Of a stretch of DNA of 32,000 bases, positions 1 to 7,126 are shown piece by piece. The translations under genes were made by a program, and so were the position numbers. This DNA comes from Candidatus Saccharimonadota bacterium (GTDB taxonomy: Bacteria > Patescibacteriota > Patescibacteriia > 2-12-FULL-60-25), in contig OY970357.1 in NCBI GenBank assembly GCA_963718585.1, positions 300,001-332,000 on the forward strand, in the 5' to 3' direction. Under the pieces are notes generated by a model, which did not search any database, had not been told where the DNA came from, and was given only the letters and a program-made list of their open reading frames with translations. Every line of letters starts with the position of its first letter. Position 1 is the first letter of the stretch.

Positions 1-1
1 T

Positions 2-361
2 GGTGACACGGTGTCGTTGGAAGACTGTTGTGCGGGAAAGGGGATCGCGGCCCGGCTCAAAAAAGAACCCGCCCGCTTGGGCGCCGCGCAGTGGGAGAAG
101 CTCTTGGATCCGCTGGAGCAGGGGATGATCAACCTGCTGACCATCCGTCCGAGCGAACAAGTCGTCTTCAGTGGTGGGATCGCGTTCCATCATCCGGAGC
201 TCTTGAAAGCGCTCCATGAACGTCTCCGTCACGCGGGAGATCGTTTCCCGATGTATCCTGCGCCACGCATCCTGCGGCGGGCGACGTTCGGAGAGGCTGC
301 TGGGCTCGTGGGGGCGCTTGCACTCCTTTCGCTCCCTGAACGACGTTTGGAATACCTATGA
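2..361 (+). CDS. ROK-family sugar kinase (glucokinase-like), C-terminal part; N-terminus lies upstream of the window
   Basis: The frame is open from nt 2. Translation ...QVVFSGGIAFHHPELLKALHERL...ATFGEAAGLVGALALL resembles the C-terminal region of ROK glucokinases (GG strand, then AGxxGAa near the end); this is from memory of the family. Stop TGA 359-361 overlaps the next start (ATGA). Confidence 0.6.
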   Translation, partial: GDTVSLEDCCAGKGIAARLKKEPARLGAAQWEKLLDPLEQGMINLLTIRPSEQVVFSGGIAFHHPELLKALHERLRHAGDRFPMYPAPRILRRATFGEAAGLVGALALLSLPERRLEYL

Positions 362-1566
362 TCCGTCTTCATCAATACCGTTCCGTGGTCGGCCGCGAGT
401 CCATCGATCGGATCCAGCGGAAAGCACGTAAGCTTCGCGGCAAGCACATCGTCCTGGTCAGTTCCACGCATCAAGGCGGTGGTGTGGCCGAGATCCTGAA
501 TACGATCATCTTTTTGTTGAATGACGCCGGCGTCGAATGTGGTTGGCGGATCATCCATGGGAGTACGGATTTCTTCACGGTCACGAAGAAGTTGCATAAC
601 GCGTTGCAGGGTGCGCATCTTCCGCTCACGAAGACTGAACGTGCGCGGTATCTAGAGACGAATGAGGATTTCTGTGTCTTTACGCATCTCCAGCATCACG
701 ACCTCGTCGTCGTCCACGATCCTCAGCCACTCCCGATCGTGAAATGGGAGAAGCGTAAGCGTCAGCCATGGATCTGGCGGTGTCATATCGATCTGACGGA
801 TCCGGACCCTGAAGCGTGGGATCTCGTCCGTCCGTATATCAATGCGTATGACCATGTCGTGGTCTCGCATGAGACGTACAAGCAGAAGGTCCGTCCGACA
901 CAAAGCGTGATCACGCCGGCGATCGATCCGCTTTCGCCGAAGAACGCGCCGCTTCCAACCCGCGAACGGCACCGGCTTTTACGCGACCACGGGATCGATC
1001 CTTCGCGTCCGATCATCGCCCAGGTCTCTCGCTTCGACGCTTGGAAGGACCCGGAAGGCGTGATCAAGGTGTTTGAACTCGTCCGTCGACGTATGCCGTG
1101 TCAGCTTGTCCTCCTTGGGAATACGGCGTCAGACGATCCGGAGGGGATCCATATCTACAACAAGATCAAGAATGCATACGGAAAGCGGAAAGACATGCAC
1201 ATCCTCGTCAACGTTGAGGAGAATGATCGATTCGTGAACACCATCCAGACGGACGCGGCCGTCATCCTCCAAAAATCGATCCGCGAAGGATTCGGGCTGA
1301 CCGTCTCTGAGGCCCTGTTCAAAGGCACGCCGGTCGTCGGGTCGAATGTCGGCGGCATCCCGCTCCAGATCCAAGATCGCGTGACCGGGTTCCTTCACGA
1401 CCCGGAAGACCTCAAAGGATTTGCAGACAGTACGTTGGCGTTGTTGAAGGACCCGAAAATGCGTCGGACGTTCGGTGCGCGGGGACGTGACTATGTCCGA
1501 ATGCACTTTCTGATCACGCGTTTGCTCGAAGATTGGTTGGATCTCTTCATCCGTACACTCCGCTGA
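358..1566 (+). CDS. treT: trehalose glycosyltransferring synthase (TreT-like), GT4 glycosyltransferase
   Basis: 402-aa ORF. It aligns by eye along its whole length to the archaeal TreT sequence I recall: GGGVAEIL, FFtVTKklHNALQG, HDPQP, PWiWRCHIDL, ItPaIDPLSpKN, PIIaQVSRFDaWK, DDPEG, QkSIREGFGLTVsEA, GGIplQIqDrvTGFL. Confidence 0.8.
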   Translation: MIRLHQYRSVVGRESIDRIQRKARKLRGKHIVLVSSTHQGGGVAEILNTIIFLLNDAGVECGWRIIHGSTDFFTVTKKLHNALQGAHLPLTKTERARYLETNEDFCVFTHLQHHDLVVVHDPQPLPIVKWEKRKRQPWIWRCHIDLTDPDPEAWDLVRPYINAYDHVVVSHETYKQKVRPTQSVITPAIDPLSPKNAPLPTRERHRLLRDHGIDPSRPIIAQVSRFDAWKDPEGVIKVFELVRRRMPCQLVLLGNTASDDPEGIHIYNKIKNAYGKRKDMHILVNVEENDRFVNTIQTDAAVILQKSIREGFGLTVSEALFKGTPVVGSNVGGIPLQIQDRVTGFLHDPEDLKGFADSTLALLKDPKMRRTFGARGRDYVRMHFLITRLLEDWLDLFIRTLR

Positions 1567-1610
1567 ACGGGAGCTATCCAGGCGCGTGGTCGATGGGTCG
1601 CGTGTGCTCG

Positions 1611-1619
1611 TGGTATAAT
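1611..1619 (+). promoter_or_regulatory. extended -10 promoter element TGGTATAAT
   Basis: Exact TGnTATAAT in the gap after treT. The first ATG of the next ORF (1642) lies 22 nt downstream. Confidence 0.5.
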
Positions 1620-1641
1620 CGTGTCCGCACCTTTTTGGAAC

Positions 1642-2151
1642 ATGGGGGAGAATGGGGAAGGAGTGAGTACCGAACGGATCCGTCCGAACATTTGCCCAAT
1701 GTGCCTCTCGCCACTGACGTTGCAGGGGCGCTGCGTCATGCCGGACTGCGCGTCGAATATGCTCTGCCCGCATTGTAAGATGCGGTTGAACGTCTTTCAG
1801 CAGTGCGTCGAACAGACGTGTCCGAGATACGATCCAACGATCCGGACGTCACCGATCAGCGAGGAACAGGATTTTTTTCTGGAACAGACCCTCGTGCGGA
1901 CGTGTTGCGCAGCGTGCGGCGAGATCGCCAAACGCGGCGCTATCCGGTGTGGGAGCTGTGGCAAAGGGGAATCATTCGCCTCCATGCCGCCGCCTCGCTC
2001 CACGGTTCCTCCGTCGCTCCCTCCGCCGCGGATCGAGTTTTCTCGGAAGATCTCCGGTGTGATCCCTCGCTCCGGGATCAAAACGCCATTCGAGCAGATC
2101 GATCTCGAGTGGGATGAGGTCTTAGCCTCGCCGAATGTGCGTAAAGCATGA
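1642..2151 (+). CDS. hypothetical multi-zinc-ribbon (CxxC-rich) protein with Pro-rich C-terminal half
   Basis: The ORF is bracketed by a + strand -10 box and a strong + strand terminator. It has six Cys pairs (CPMC, CvmpDC, CPHC, CveqTC, CAAC, CGSC). The ORF-track GTG at 1621 is 1 nt after the -10 hexamer, so the first ATG was chosen. No family recognised. Confidence 0.55.
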   Translation: MGENGEGVSTERIRPNICPMCLSPLTLQGRCVMPDCASNMLCPHCKMRLNVFQQCVEQTCPRYDPTIRTSPISEEQDFFLEQTLVRTCCAACGEIAKRGAIRCGSCGKGESFASMPPPRSTVPPSLPPPRIEFSRKISGVIPRSGIKTPFEQIDLEWDEVLASPNVRKA

Positions 2152-2163
2152 ACCACTCTACTC

Positions 2164-2190
2164 ACGTCCCGTTTCATCGGGACGTTTTTT
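2164..2190 (+). terminator. rho-independent terminator
   Basis: Stem ACGTCCCG (2164-2171), loop TTTCAT, stem CGGGACGT (2178-2185), then TTTTT (2186-2190). It starts 13 nt after the stop at 2151. Confidence 0.8.
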
Positions 2191-2242
2191 GATGGAGGAC
2201 GCCCCTTCTCAGGGAGGCGATTTTGGGGGAAGATGGGAACAT

Positions 2243-2638
2243 ATGTCGTATCATACGCAGATCACCAAGGAAACGGCCGAAAATGCCGATTTTCGTCGCG
2301 TGCTCCATACCGGCGCGCGGTCACAGCTCGTCATCATGAGCATCCCGCCCGGGGGAGAGGTCGGGGAAGAGACGCACGAACACGTCGAACAGACCCTCTA
2401 TTTCCAGAGCGGAAGTGGGGAGGCGGTGTTGGATGGGGAGACCTCCCCGATCGCGGCTGGCGATGTCGTGGTCGTCACGCCCGGAACGCGCCACAATTTT
2501 AAAAACACGGGTGCAGAGTCGCTCCAGATCTGGACCGTCTACGCGCCACCCAACCACATTGACGGCCGTGTGCATCATACGAAGGCCGATGCGGATGCGG
2601 ATGATGAGGACGAGGCATACGGCCATTCGGCTGCGTAA
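2243..2638 (+). CDS. cupin-domain protein (metal-binding cupin motifs), acidic His-containing tail
   Basis: ATG 2243 lies downstream of the terminator and is preceded by GGGGGAAG. Cupin motif 1 is around GEEtHEHvEQtlyfqSG. Motif 2 is GDVVVVtPGtrHnfkN. The ORF-track start 2135 would run through the terminator, so it was rejected. Confidence 0.75.
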   Translation: MSYHTQITKETAENADFRRVLHTGARSQLVIMSIPPGGEVGEETHEHVEQTLYFQSGSGEAVLDGETSPIAAGDVVVVTPGTRHNFKNTGAESLQIWTVYAPPNHIDGRVHHTKADADADDEDEAYGHSAA

Positions 2639-2647
2639 CGCCAAGAC

Positions 2648-3376
2648 ATGGCTGATATTTTGAAGGTCGAAGGCCTCAACGTCACGTTCGGCGATCACCA
2701 TGTCCTACAGGACGTGTCCTTTGCGTTGGATGCGGGGGATTCGTTGGTCGTCATCGGACCGAACGGAGCAGGGAAGACGGTTTTGCTCAAGTCTTTGCTC
2801 GGTCTGGAGCCGTACACGGGGACGGTCACATGGGCGAAAGACGCACGGATCGGATATGTCCCGCAAAAGATCGAGGCGGACCGGCACTTGCCGATCAATC
2901 TGCAGAACCTCCTTGATGCAAAGGCGAACATCCTCGATATCTCGGAAGCGAAGGTGAAGACCGTTGCGCAAGAGATTGGATTGACCGCGCAGACGTTGAA
3001 GACCCCGGTCGGACACTTGTCCGGCGGAAATTTTCAGAAGGCGCTCATCGCGTTCGCCCTGCTTGGCGAGCCGAATGTCATCCTCTTCGACGAACCGACC
3101 GCGTCCTTAGACGAACTGTCCGAAGCGCATATCTATGATGTCGCGGCGTCACTTCGTGAGAAGCATGGGATCACCATGATCTTCGTGTCGCATGATCTGA
3201 GCATCGTCCCGTCCATCGCGACCAAAGTGCTTTGTCTCAATAAATATGCCGTGTGCTTTGGGACGCCGAAAGAGACCCTGACGCAGGATGTGTTCACCAA
3301 GCTCTATCCGGAACCGCATAAATTCTTCCATCATCTCTCCGCGCATCATGACCATGCGCATCATGACCATGGTTGA
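2648..3376 (+). CDS. metal (Zn/Mn-type, ABC-3 family) ABC transporter ATP-binding protein with His-rich C-terminal tail
   Basis: Walker A GPNGAGKT, signature LSGGnfQK, Walker B ILFDEP. The overall pattern resembles ZnuC/MntB. C-terminus is HHLSAHHDHAHHDHG. Confidence 0.85.
   Translation: MADILKVEGLNVTFGDHHVLQDVSFALDAGDSLVVIGPNGAGKTVLLKSLLGLEPYTGTVTWAKDARIGYVPQKIEADRHLPINLQNLLDAKANILDISEAKVKTVAQEIGLTAQTLKTPVGHLSGGNFQKALIAFALLGEPNVILFDEPTASLDELSEAHIYDVAASLREKHGITMIFVSHDLSIVPSIATKVLCLNKYAVCFGTPKETLTQDVFTKLYPEPHKFFHHLSAHHDHAHHDHG
3341..3370 (+). repeat. perfect tandem duplication, 2 x 15 bp (GCGCATCATGACCAT)
   Basis: Units at 3341-3355 and 3356-3370 are identical. They encode AHHDH-AHHDH at the end of the ABC ATPase and supply the in-frame ATGs at the start of the permease gene. 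Confidence 0.9.
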
Positions 3377-4145
3377 TATGACGACGTTCTTCACTCCTGC
3401 CCTCCTTCTCGCTCTTGCGGTCGCAGTCGCGACCGGACTCATGGGCGCATTTGCACAGATGAAGAAGATGACCCTTGCCGGGGACACGATGTCGCATATC
3501 GCTTTGCCCGGGATCGGTTTGGCGATCCTGTGGGGGGTCGATCCGACCATCGGTGCGGCCGCGTCGCTTGCGATCGGTGCGCTGTTCATCTGGAAGATCG
3601 AGAAAGCGACAGGCCTCTCGACCGAGACCATGATCGGCGTGGTATTTGCATCTGCCCTCGCGCTTGGGACGCTTGTGACGCCGTCGGACAGCATCATCGA
3701 GGCGCTCTTCGGCGGAGAGGGGACGGTCACGCTGACGACACTGCTCATCTATGTGGCGCTGTCCGCGCTGGTCGTGCTCTATGCCTGGATCGAGCGGAAT
3801 CGGTTGATCCTTACGCTGTTCAACGTGGATCTCGCCGAAGTGACCGGCGTGAAGGTGAGTTGGGTGAATCTCCGGTTCCTCCTCGCATTCGCGCTCACGC
3901 TTGTGCTTGGTCTGCGTTTTCTCGGAGCGATCCTCGTCGGTGCGCTCGTGATCATTCCGGCCGCGATCGGGCGCCAACTCACAGAAACGTTGCCAAGCTT
4001 TCTTCTGGTCTCTGCCGGTTCGAGCGTCCTGGCTGTCTTGATCGGGTATGCGTTGGCGAGCGTGTACGGCTTCCAGACCGGACCGACCGTCGTGCTTTCC
4101 GCCTCGGCCATGTTCCTTCTTAGTCTGTTAAAGAAAAAAGTATAA
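3363..4145 (+). CDS. metal ABC transporter permease (ABC-3 / ZnuB-like)
   Basis: Polytopic hydrophobic protein directly overlapping the ATPase stop. The sequence pattern (MGAFa...GDtmSHialPGiglA) is typical of ABC-3 permeases. The start is ambiguous among ATG 3363, 3369 and 3378. Confidence 0.8.
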   Translation: MTMVDMTTFFTPALLLALAVAVATGLMGAFAQMKKMTLAGDTMSHIALPGIGLAILWGVDPTIGAAASLAIGALFIWKIEKATGLSTETMIGVVFASALALGTLVTPSDSIIEALFGGEGTVTLTTLLIYVALSALVVLYAWIERNRLILTLFNVDLAEVTGVKVSWVNLRFLLAFALTLVLGLRFLGAILVGALVIIPAAIGRQLTETLPSFLLVSAGSSVLAVLIGYALASVYGFQTGPTVVLSASAMFLLSLLKKKV

Positions 4146-4156
4146 ATTAATTGCCT

Positions 4157-4567
4157 ATGAATATTCTCATATTTCTCCATCCATACGCTGACTGGGGCCT
4201 GCTTGCGCTCCGGATCGGGGTCGGTGCGATTTTTTGGGTCCATGGCATGCAGAAGATGTCCATGTGGAAGATGCAGCCATCAGAGCAGATGCCGAAGCAG
4301 ATGCTTGGCATCATGAAGCTGCTTTCGATCTGTGAGTCCTTGGGCGCCATTGCCCTCATCTTCGGGTTTTTGACCCAGTGGGCCGCCTTGGGACTTGCGG
4401 TCATCATGCTTGGCGCGATGAACTTGAAGATCACGAAATGGCACACGCCATTCACGGCACGTGATAAGACCGGCTGGGAACTGGATCTCATCCTCCTCGC
4501 GGCCAATGTGTCGCTCCTCCTCGTGGGCGCGGGGAGCATCAGTCTCGATCGGCTGATCACCGGTTGA
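4157..4567 (+). CDS. DoxX-family membrane protein
   Basis: About 136 aa with 4 predicted TM segments. The N-terminal LLALRIGVGAIFwvHGmqKm is the DoxX-like signature. TATAAA at 4141-4146 lies 10 nt upstream of the ATG. Confidence 0.7.
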   Translation: MNILIFLHPYADWGLLALRIGVGAIFWVHGMQKMSMWKMQPSEQMPKQMLGIMKLLSICESLGAIALIFGFLTQWAALGLAVIMLGAMNLKITKWHTPFTARDKTGWELDLILLAANVSLLLVGAGSISLDRLITG

Positions 4568-4637
4568 ACGAGATCTGTTCCTGCGCGGATGGTGTGATCG
4601 ACGGCAGAGAGGTTTTTGTGTCTCGAGCTCAAAAGCT

Positions 4638-5330
4638 TCAGTGACGATGGTGACTGATGAAGAAGAATGACCACAGGACCACGATAGATAAGGCCGGGAA
4701 GGCGGTGATCATGACGCGTCCTTTGAGTTCTGGATGCTGGCGGGCGATCCAGCGATCGAATCGGAGCGTTTGCAGTCCCAGGAGAAAGATCGTCGGAAGA
4801 TATGCGACGGCGAGCCAGACATACGTATGGAGCGAATGGATCGTGATCGTCACGATGTGGATGTACGTCAGGATCCCCGCAAGGTAGACGAAACGATGCA
4901 ATGGCTTCCACGACGGACCCATCGCCCGCTTGATCCGTTTGATCGACGTGATCGTGAGAGCTGCGAGGATGATCAACGCGGCAAGACCGAACTCGAGTGA
5001 CCAGATCTCGCTCATGCCCCAGTAGGGGAGCATCGCGAATCCGCCGAATGCCGTGAAGAAACCATCCCATGAATGGATGCATGCGAAGAAGAAGCTGCTG
5101 ATCCCAAGGGCTTTCTTTGCACGTTGCGCCGGACGAAGGCCTGGGAGATGTGGGAATGCCTGGTACAACGGACTCGGAAGCAGGGCGAGGTACAGATAGA
5201 GGGTCGCAAGGATCCCAAACGCTTGCGTGACCTCCGCATTTCCGATGCCTCCATGGTGGTACGTCAAAAGGAATATCAAAAGACCCAGGTCAAGACTGAA
5301 GACGTAGATGATCCCTCGGATGTATCGCAT
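4638..5330 (-). CDS. ferric-reductase-like transmembrane domain protein (YedZ/MsrQ-like heme-b membrane protein)
   Basis: Polytopic. It has conserved-looking His residues in TM helices: FFFACIHSWDGF, and LHRFVYLAGILTYIH with two His 13 residues apart, as in the ferric reductase / YedZ domain. Confidence 0.55.
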   Translation of the reverse strand: MRYIRGIIYVFSLDLGLLIFLLTYHHGGIGNAEVTQAFGILATLYLYLALLPSPLYQAFPHLPGLRPAQRAKKALGISSFFFACIHSWDGFFTAFGGFAMLPYWGMSEIWSLEFGLAALIILAALTITSIKRIKRAMGPSWKPLHRFVYLAGILTYIHIVTITIHSLHTYVWLAVAYLPTIFLLGLQTLRFDRWIARQHPELKGRVMITAFPALSIVVLWSFFFISHHRH

Positions 5331-5333
5331 ATC

Positions 5334-5357
5334 AAAAACGCGCCGGATCGGCGCGTT
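5334..5357 (-). terminator. rho-independent terminator for the upstream minus-strand gene
   Basis: On the minus strand: AACGCGCCG, loop ATC, CGGCGCGTT, followed by TTTTT (plus-strand A run 5334-5338). It begins 7 nt after the stop of the 5364-6161 gene. Confidence 0.65.
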
Positions 5358-5363
5358 CTGGAT

Positions 5364-6161
5364 CTATTGGATGGCGTTCAGTGCGGCGGAGGTCTTTGGA
5401 CCGACCAGTCCGGCGCCTGGAGAATTGGCTCCCGCGACCACGTGTTGTTCGATCTGGAACTTGAGGACGTAGGATTCGGTAAGAGGTCCGAAGTATCCGG
5501 TCGCATTGTCAGACGTGGCTTTCACGCCGAAGTGGGCGAGAAGGAATTTCTGGAGGGTCAGAACTTCATCAGACCGGATGCCACGATGGAGGCCGCCGTG
5601 GTAGACGTGCTTGCCCGTAGCTGCGACGGCGGTCGTGGAGGGCTTGGCTTGTGGAACGGTCTTCGTCGTCGGATCTTCGGAGGTCTTCGTCGGTGTCTTC
5701 AATGCAACGGCCGCTTGCGCCTGGACCGTCGCGGATTCTTCGCCGATCAACGAAGCGTGCGCCGTGGGATGGCCCTTCACTGCGTCGAGGAAGGCCGTTC
5801 GTGCGCGCTCCACGCTTTTTTGATAGGAGTGGATCGCTGACGTGATGCCATAGCCGCCGTACCCGCAATAAGGCTGTTCCATTGCAGACCACGCAGTGTC
5901 GATCTCCTGCGTATAGGCGCTGATCGCGTTTGCGAGTGACGAGTCGCCCGCGTAATTCGCAATGTCTTTTTCCATCGTCGTCTGTGCACTCGCATGCAGC
6001 TGCTTCGTATACGACGTGACGCAGTAGCTCTGCGGCGGATTTGCCGGGATCGGGACGGTGGAAGCGGATGCCTGGAGAGCTGGGGCGCACGTGAGCGCGA
6101 CAAAGAGACTGCCGACACCTACGCGTGCAACGATCGATGAGAGAGTATGTGTGGATTTCAT
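5364..6161 (-). CDS. secreted protein with C-terminal peptidoglycan-binding (PG_binding_1-like) domain
   Basis: N-terminal signal peptide (VGVGSLFVALTCAPALQASAS), a Cys-containing helical middle region, and a Thr/Pro-rich linker. The C-terminal LQKFLLAHFGVKA...ATGYFGPLTESYVLKFQ...GLVGPKTSAALNAI matches the PG-binding repeat pattern. Confidence 0.7.
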   Translation of the reverse strand: MKSTHTLSSIVARVGVGSLFVALTCAPALQASASTVPIPANPPQSYCVTSYTKQLHASAQTTMEKDIANYAGDSSLANAISAYTQEIDTAWSAMEQPYCGYGGYGITSAIHSYQKSVERARTAFLDAVKGHPTAHASLIGEESATVQAQAAVALKTPTKTSEDPTTKTVPQAKPSTTAVAATGKHVYHGGLHRGIRSDEVLTLQKFLLAHFGVKATSDNATGYFGPLTESYVLKFQIEQHVVAGANSPGAGLVGPKTSAALNAIQ

Positions 6162-6238
6162 GGTTAAAAAACGTTAACAGATTTTTTTGATCCTGTCACG
6201 GGGTGCCCACATCGGGGCCGACACGGACCAATGCACGC

Positions 6239-6247
6239 AGTATACCA
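6239..6247 (-). promoter_or_regulatory. extended -10 promoter element TGGTATACT (minus strand)
   Basis: The reverse complement of 6239-6247 is TGGTATACT. It lies 77 nt upstream of the ATG at 6161, in an AT-richer divergent intergenic region. Confidence 0.45.
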
Positions 6248-6348
6248 CTCTTCGTCCAGAATGTTTCATGTGCATAAATTTGGCTTTATTCTGCTGATTT
6301 TGTTTTTTGACCTCGCACGTTATACTGCAGTCATCACCATTCTCCCGT

Positions 6349-7077
6349 ATGAATATCCAAACCATGTTTACGATCGATCAAGCGACACGCGATGAATCCG
6401 TCAAAAAACTGCTCGCCGATAGCCAGCCAAATGCGGATTTCTACCTCCTTCTCATCCTCGCTACCCTGATCGTCGTTCCGGGGCTTCTCCTGAACAATGT
6501 TTCCGTCGTCATCGGCGGGATGGTGGTAGCGCCGCTCCTTTCACCGATCTTGAGTTTCGGGATGGGGATCGTTACTGCAGATTTTAAATTGATCCGTCGT
6601 TCGTCGAAAACGATCATGGCCGCCGTGCTCTTGGCGGTCGCAGCAGGACTCATCATGTCATTATTCAACTCGGGTCAAGGGCTGAACGCGGAGATCACGT
6701 CGCGATCTTCCGTGTCCGTCGCGTATCTTGTCGTGGCGATCGCGTCCGGCGCCGCCGCATCGTTCGCGCTCATCAAGCCTGCCATTTCCGCTGCGATCAC
6801 GGGCATCGCGGTATCGGTCGCGTTGTTGCCACCGATCGCCGTCATCGGGATCGGCCTTTCGCTCGGTGCTTGGAGCTTGGCTGCGCAGGCGTTCGCTCTA
6901 TTCGCCGTGAACTTCATCGGGATCGTGTTCTCCTCCCTCGTGATCTTCTCGTTGTATGGCTTCTCTCGCGCGCAGCGGACCGTGGAAAAGAAACTCGTGA
7001 AAGAAGAAAAGGAACTGAAGCAGGAGCAAAAGCAAATGAAGCAGCAGAAGCAGCAGGAGGAACAAGACAGCGCCTGA
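6349..7077 (+). CDS. DUF389-like hydrophobic membrane protein with charged KEEKELKQEQKQ C-terminal tail
   Basis: Polytopic. The motif GGMVVAPLLSPILSFGMG resembles the conserved GAMLIAPLMgPi motif of the DUF389/TIGR00341 family. TATACT at 6321-6326 lies 22 nt upstream of ATG 6349; ATG 6364 is an alternative start. Confidence 0.6.
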   Translation: MNIQTMFTIDQATRDESVKKLLADSQPNADFYLLLILATLIVVPGLLLNNVSVVIGGMVVAPLLSPILSFGMGIVTADFKLIRRSSKTIMAAVLLAVAAGLIMSLFNSGQGLNAEITSRSSVSVAYLVVAIASGAAASFALIKPAISAAITGIAVSVALLPPIAVIGIGLSLGAWSLAAQAFALFAVNFIGIVFSSLVIFSLYGFSRAQRTVEKKLVKEEKELKQEQKQMKQQKQQEEQDSA

Positions 7078-7101
7078 CACGAATCCGGTTTTCATTCACG
7101 A

Positions 7102-7122
7102 ACGAGGGGAGTACCCTCGTTT
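7102..7122 (+). terminator. terminator-like hairpin (weak T tract)
   Basis: 7-bp stem ACGAGGG / CCCTCGT with loop GAGTA, followed only by TT. It lies between the stop at 7077 and the next start at 7127. Confidence 0.35.
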
Positions 7123-7126
7123 GCAT

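Noticed and set aside
2148-2175. Second TGAACC…CGTT string (TGAACC-N15-CGTTTC) upstream of the cupin gene, as a possible ECF promoter.
   Set aside because: - The spacer is only 15 nt.
- The putative -10 lies inside the terminator stem.
- The start site would fall within the hairpin, so this is probably coincidence.
6307-6326. TTGACC at 6307-6312 as the -35 element for the TATACT at 6321-6326.
   Set aside because: The spacer is only 8 nt, which is incompatible with a sigma-70 promoter. Only the -10-like hexamer is noted, in the DUF389 gene evidence.
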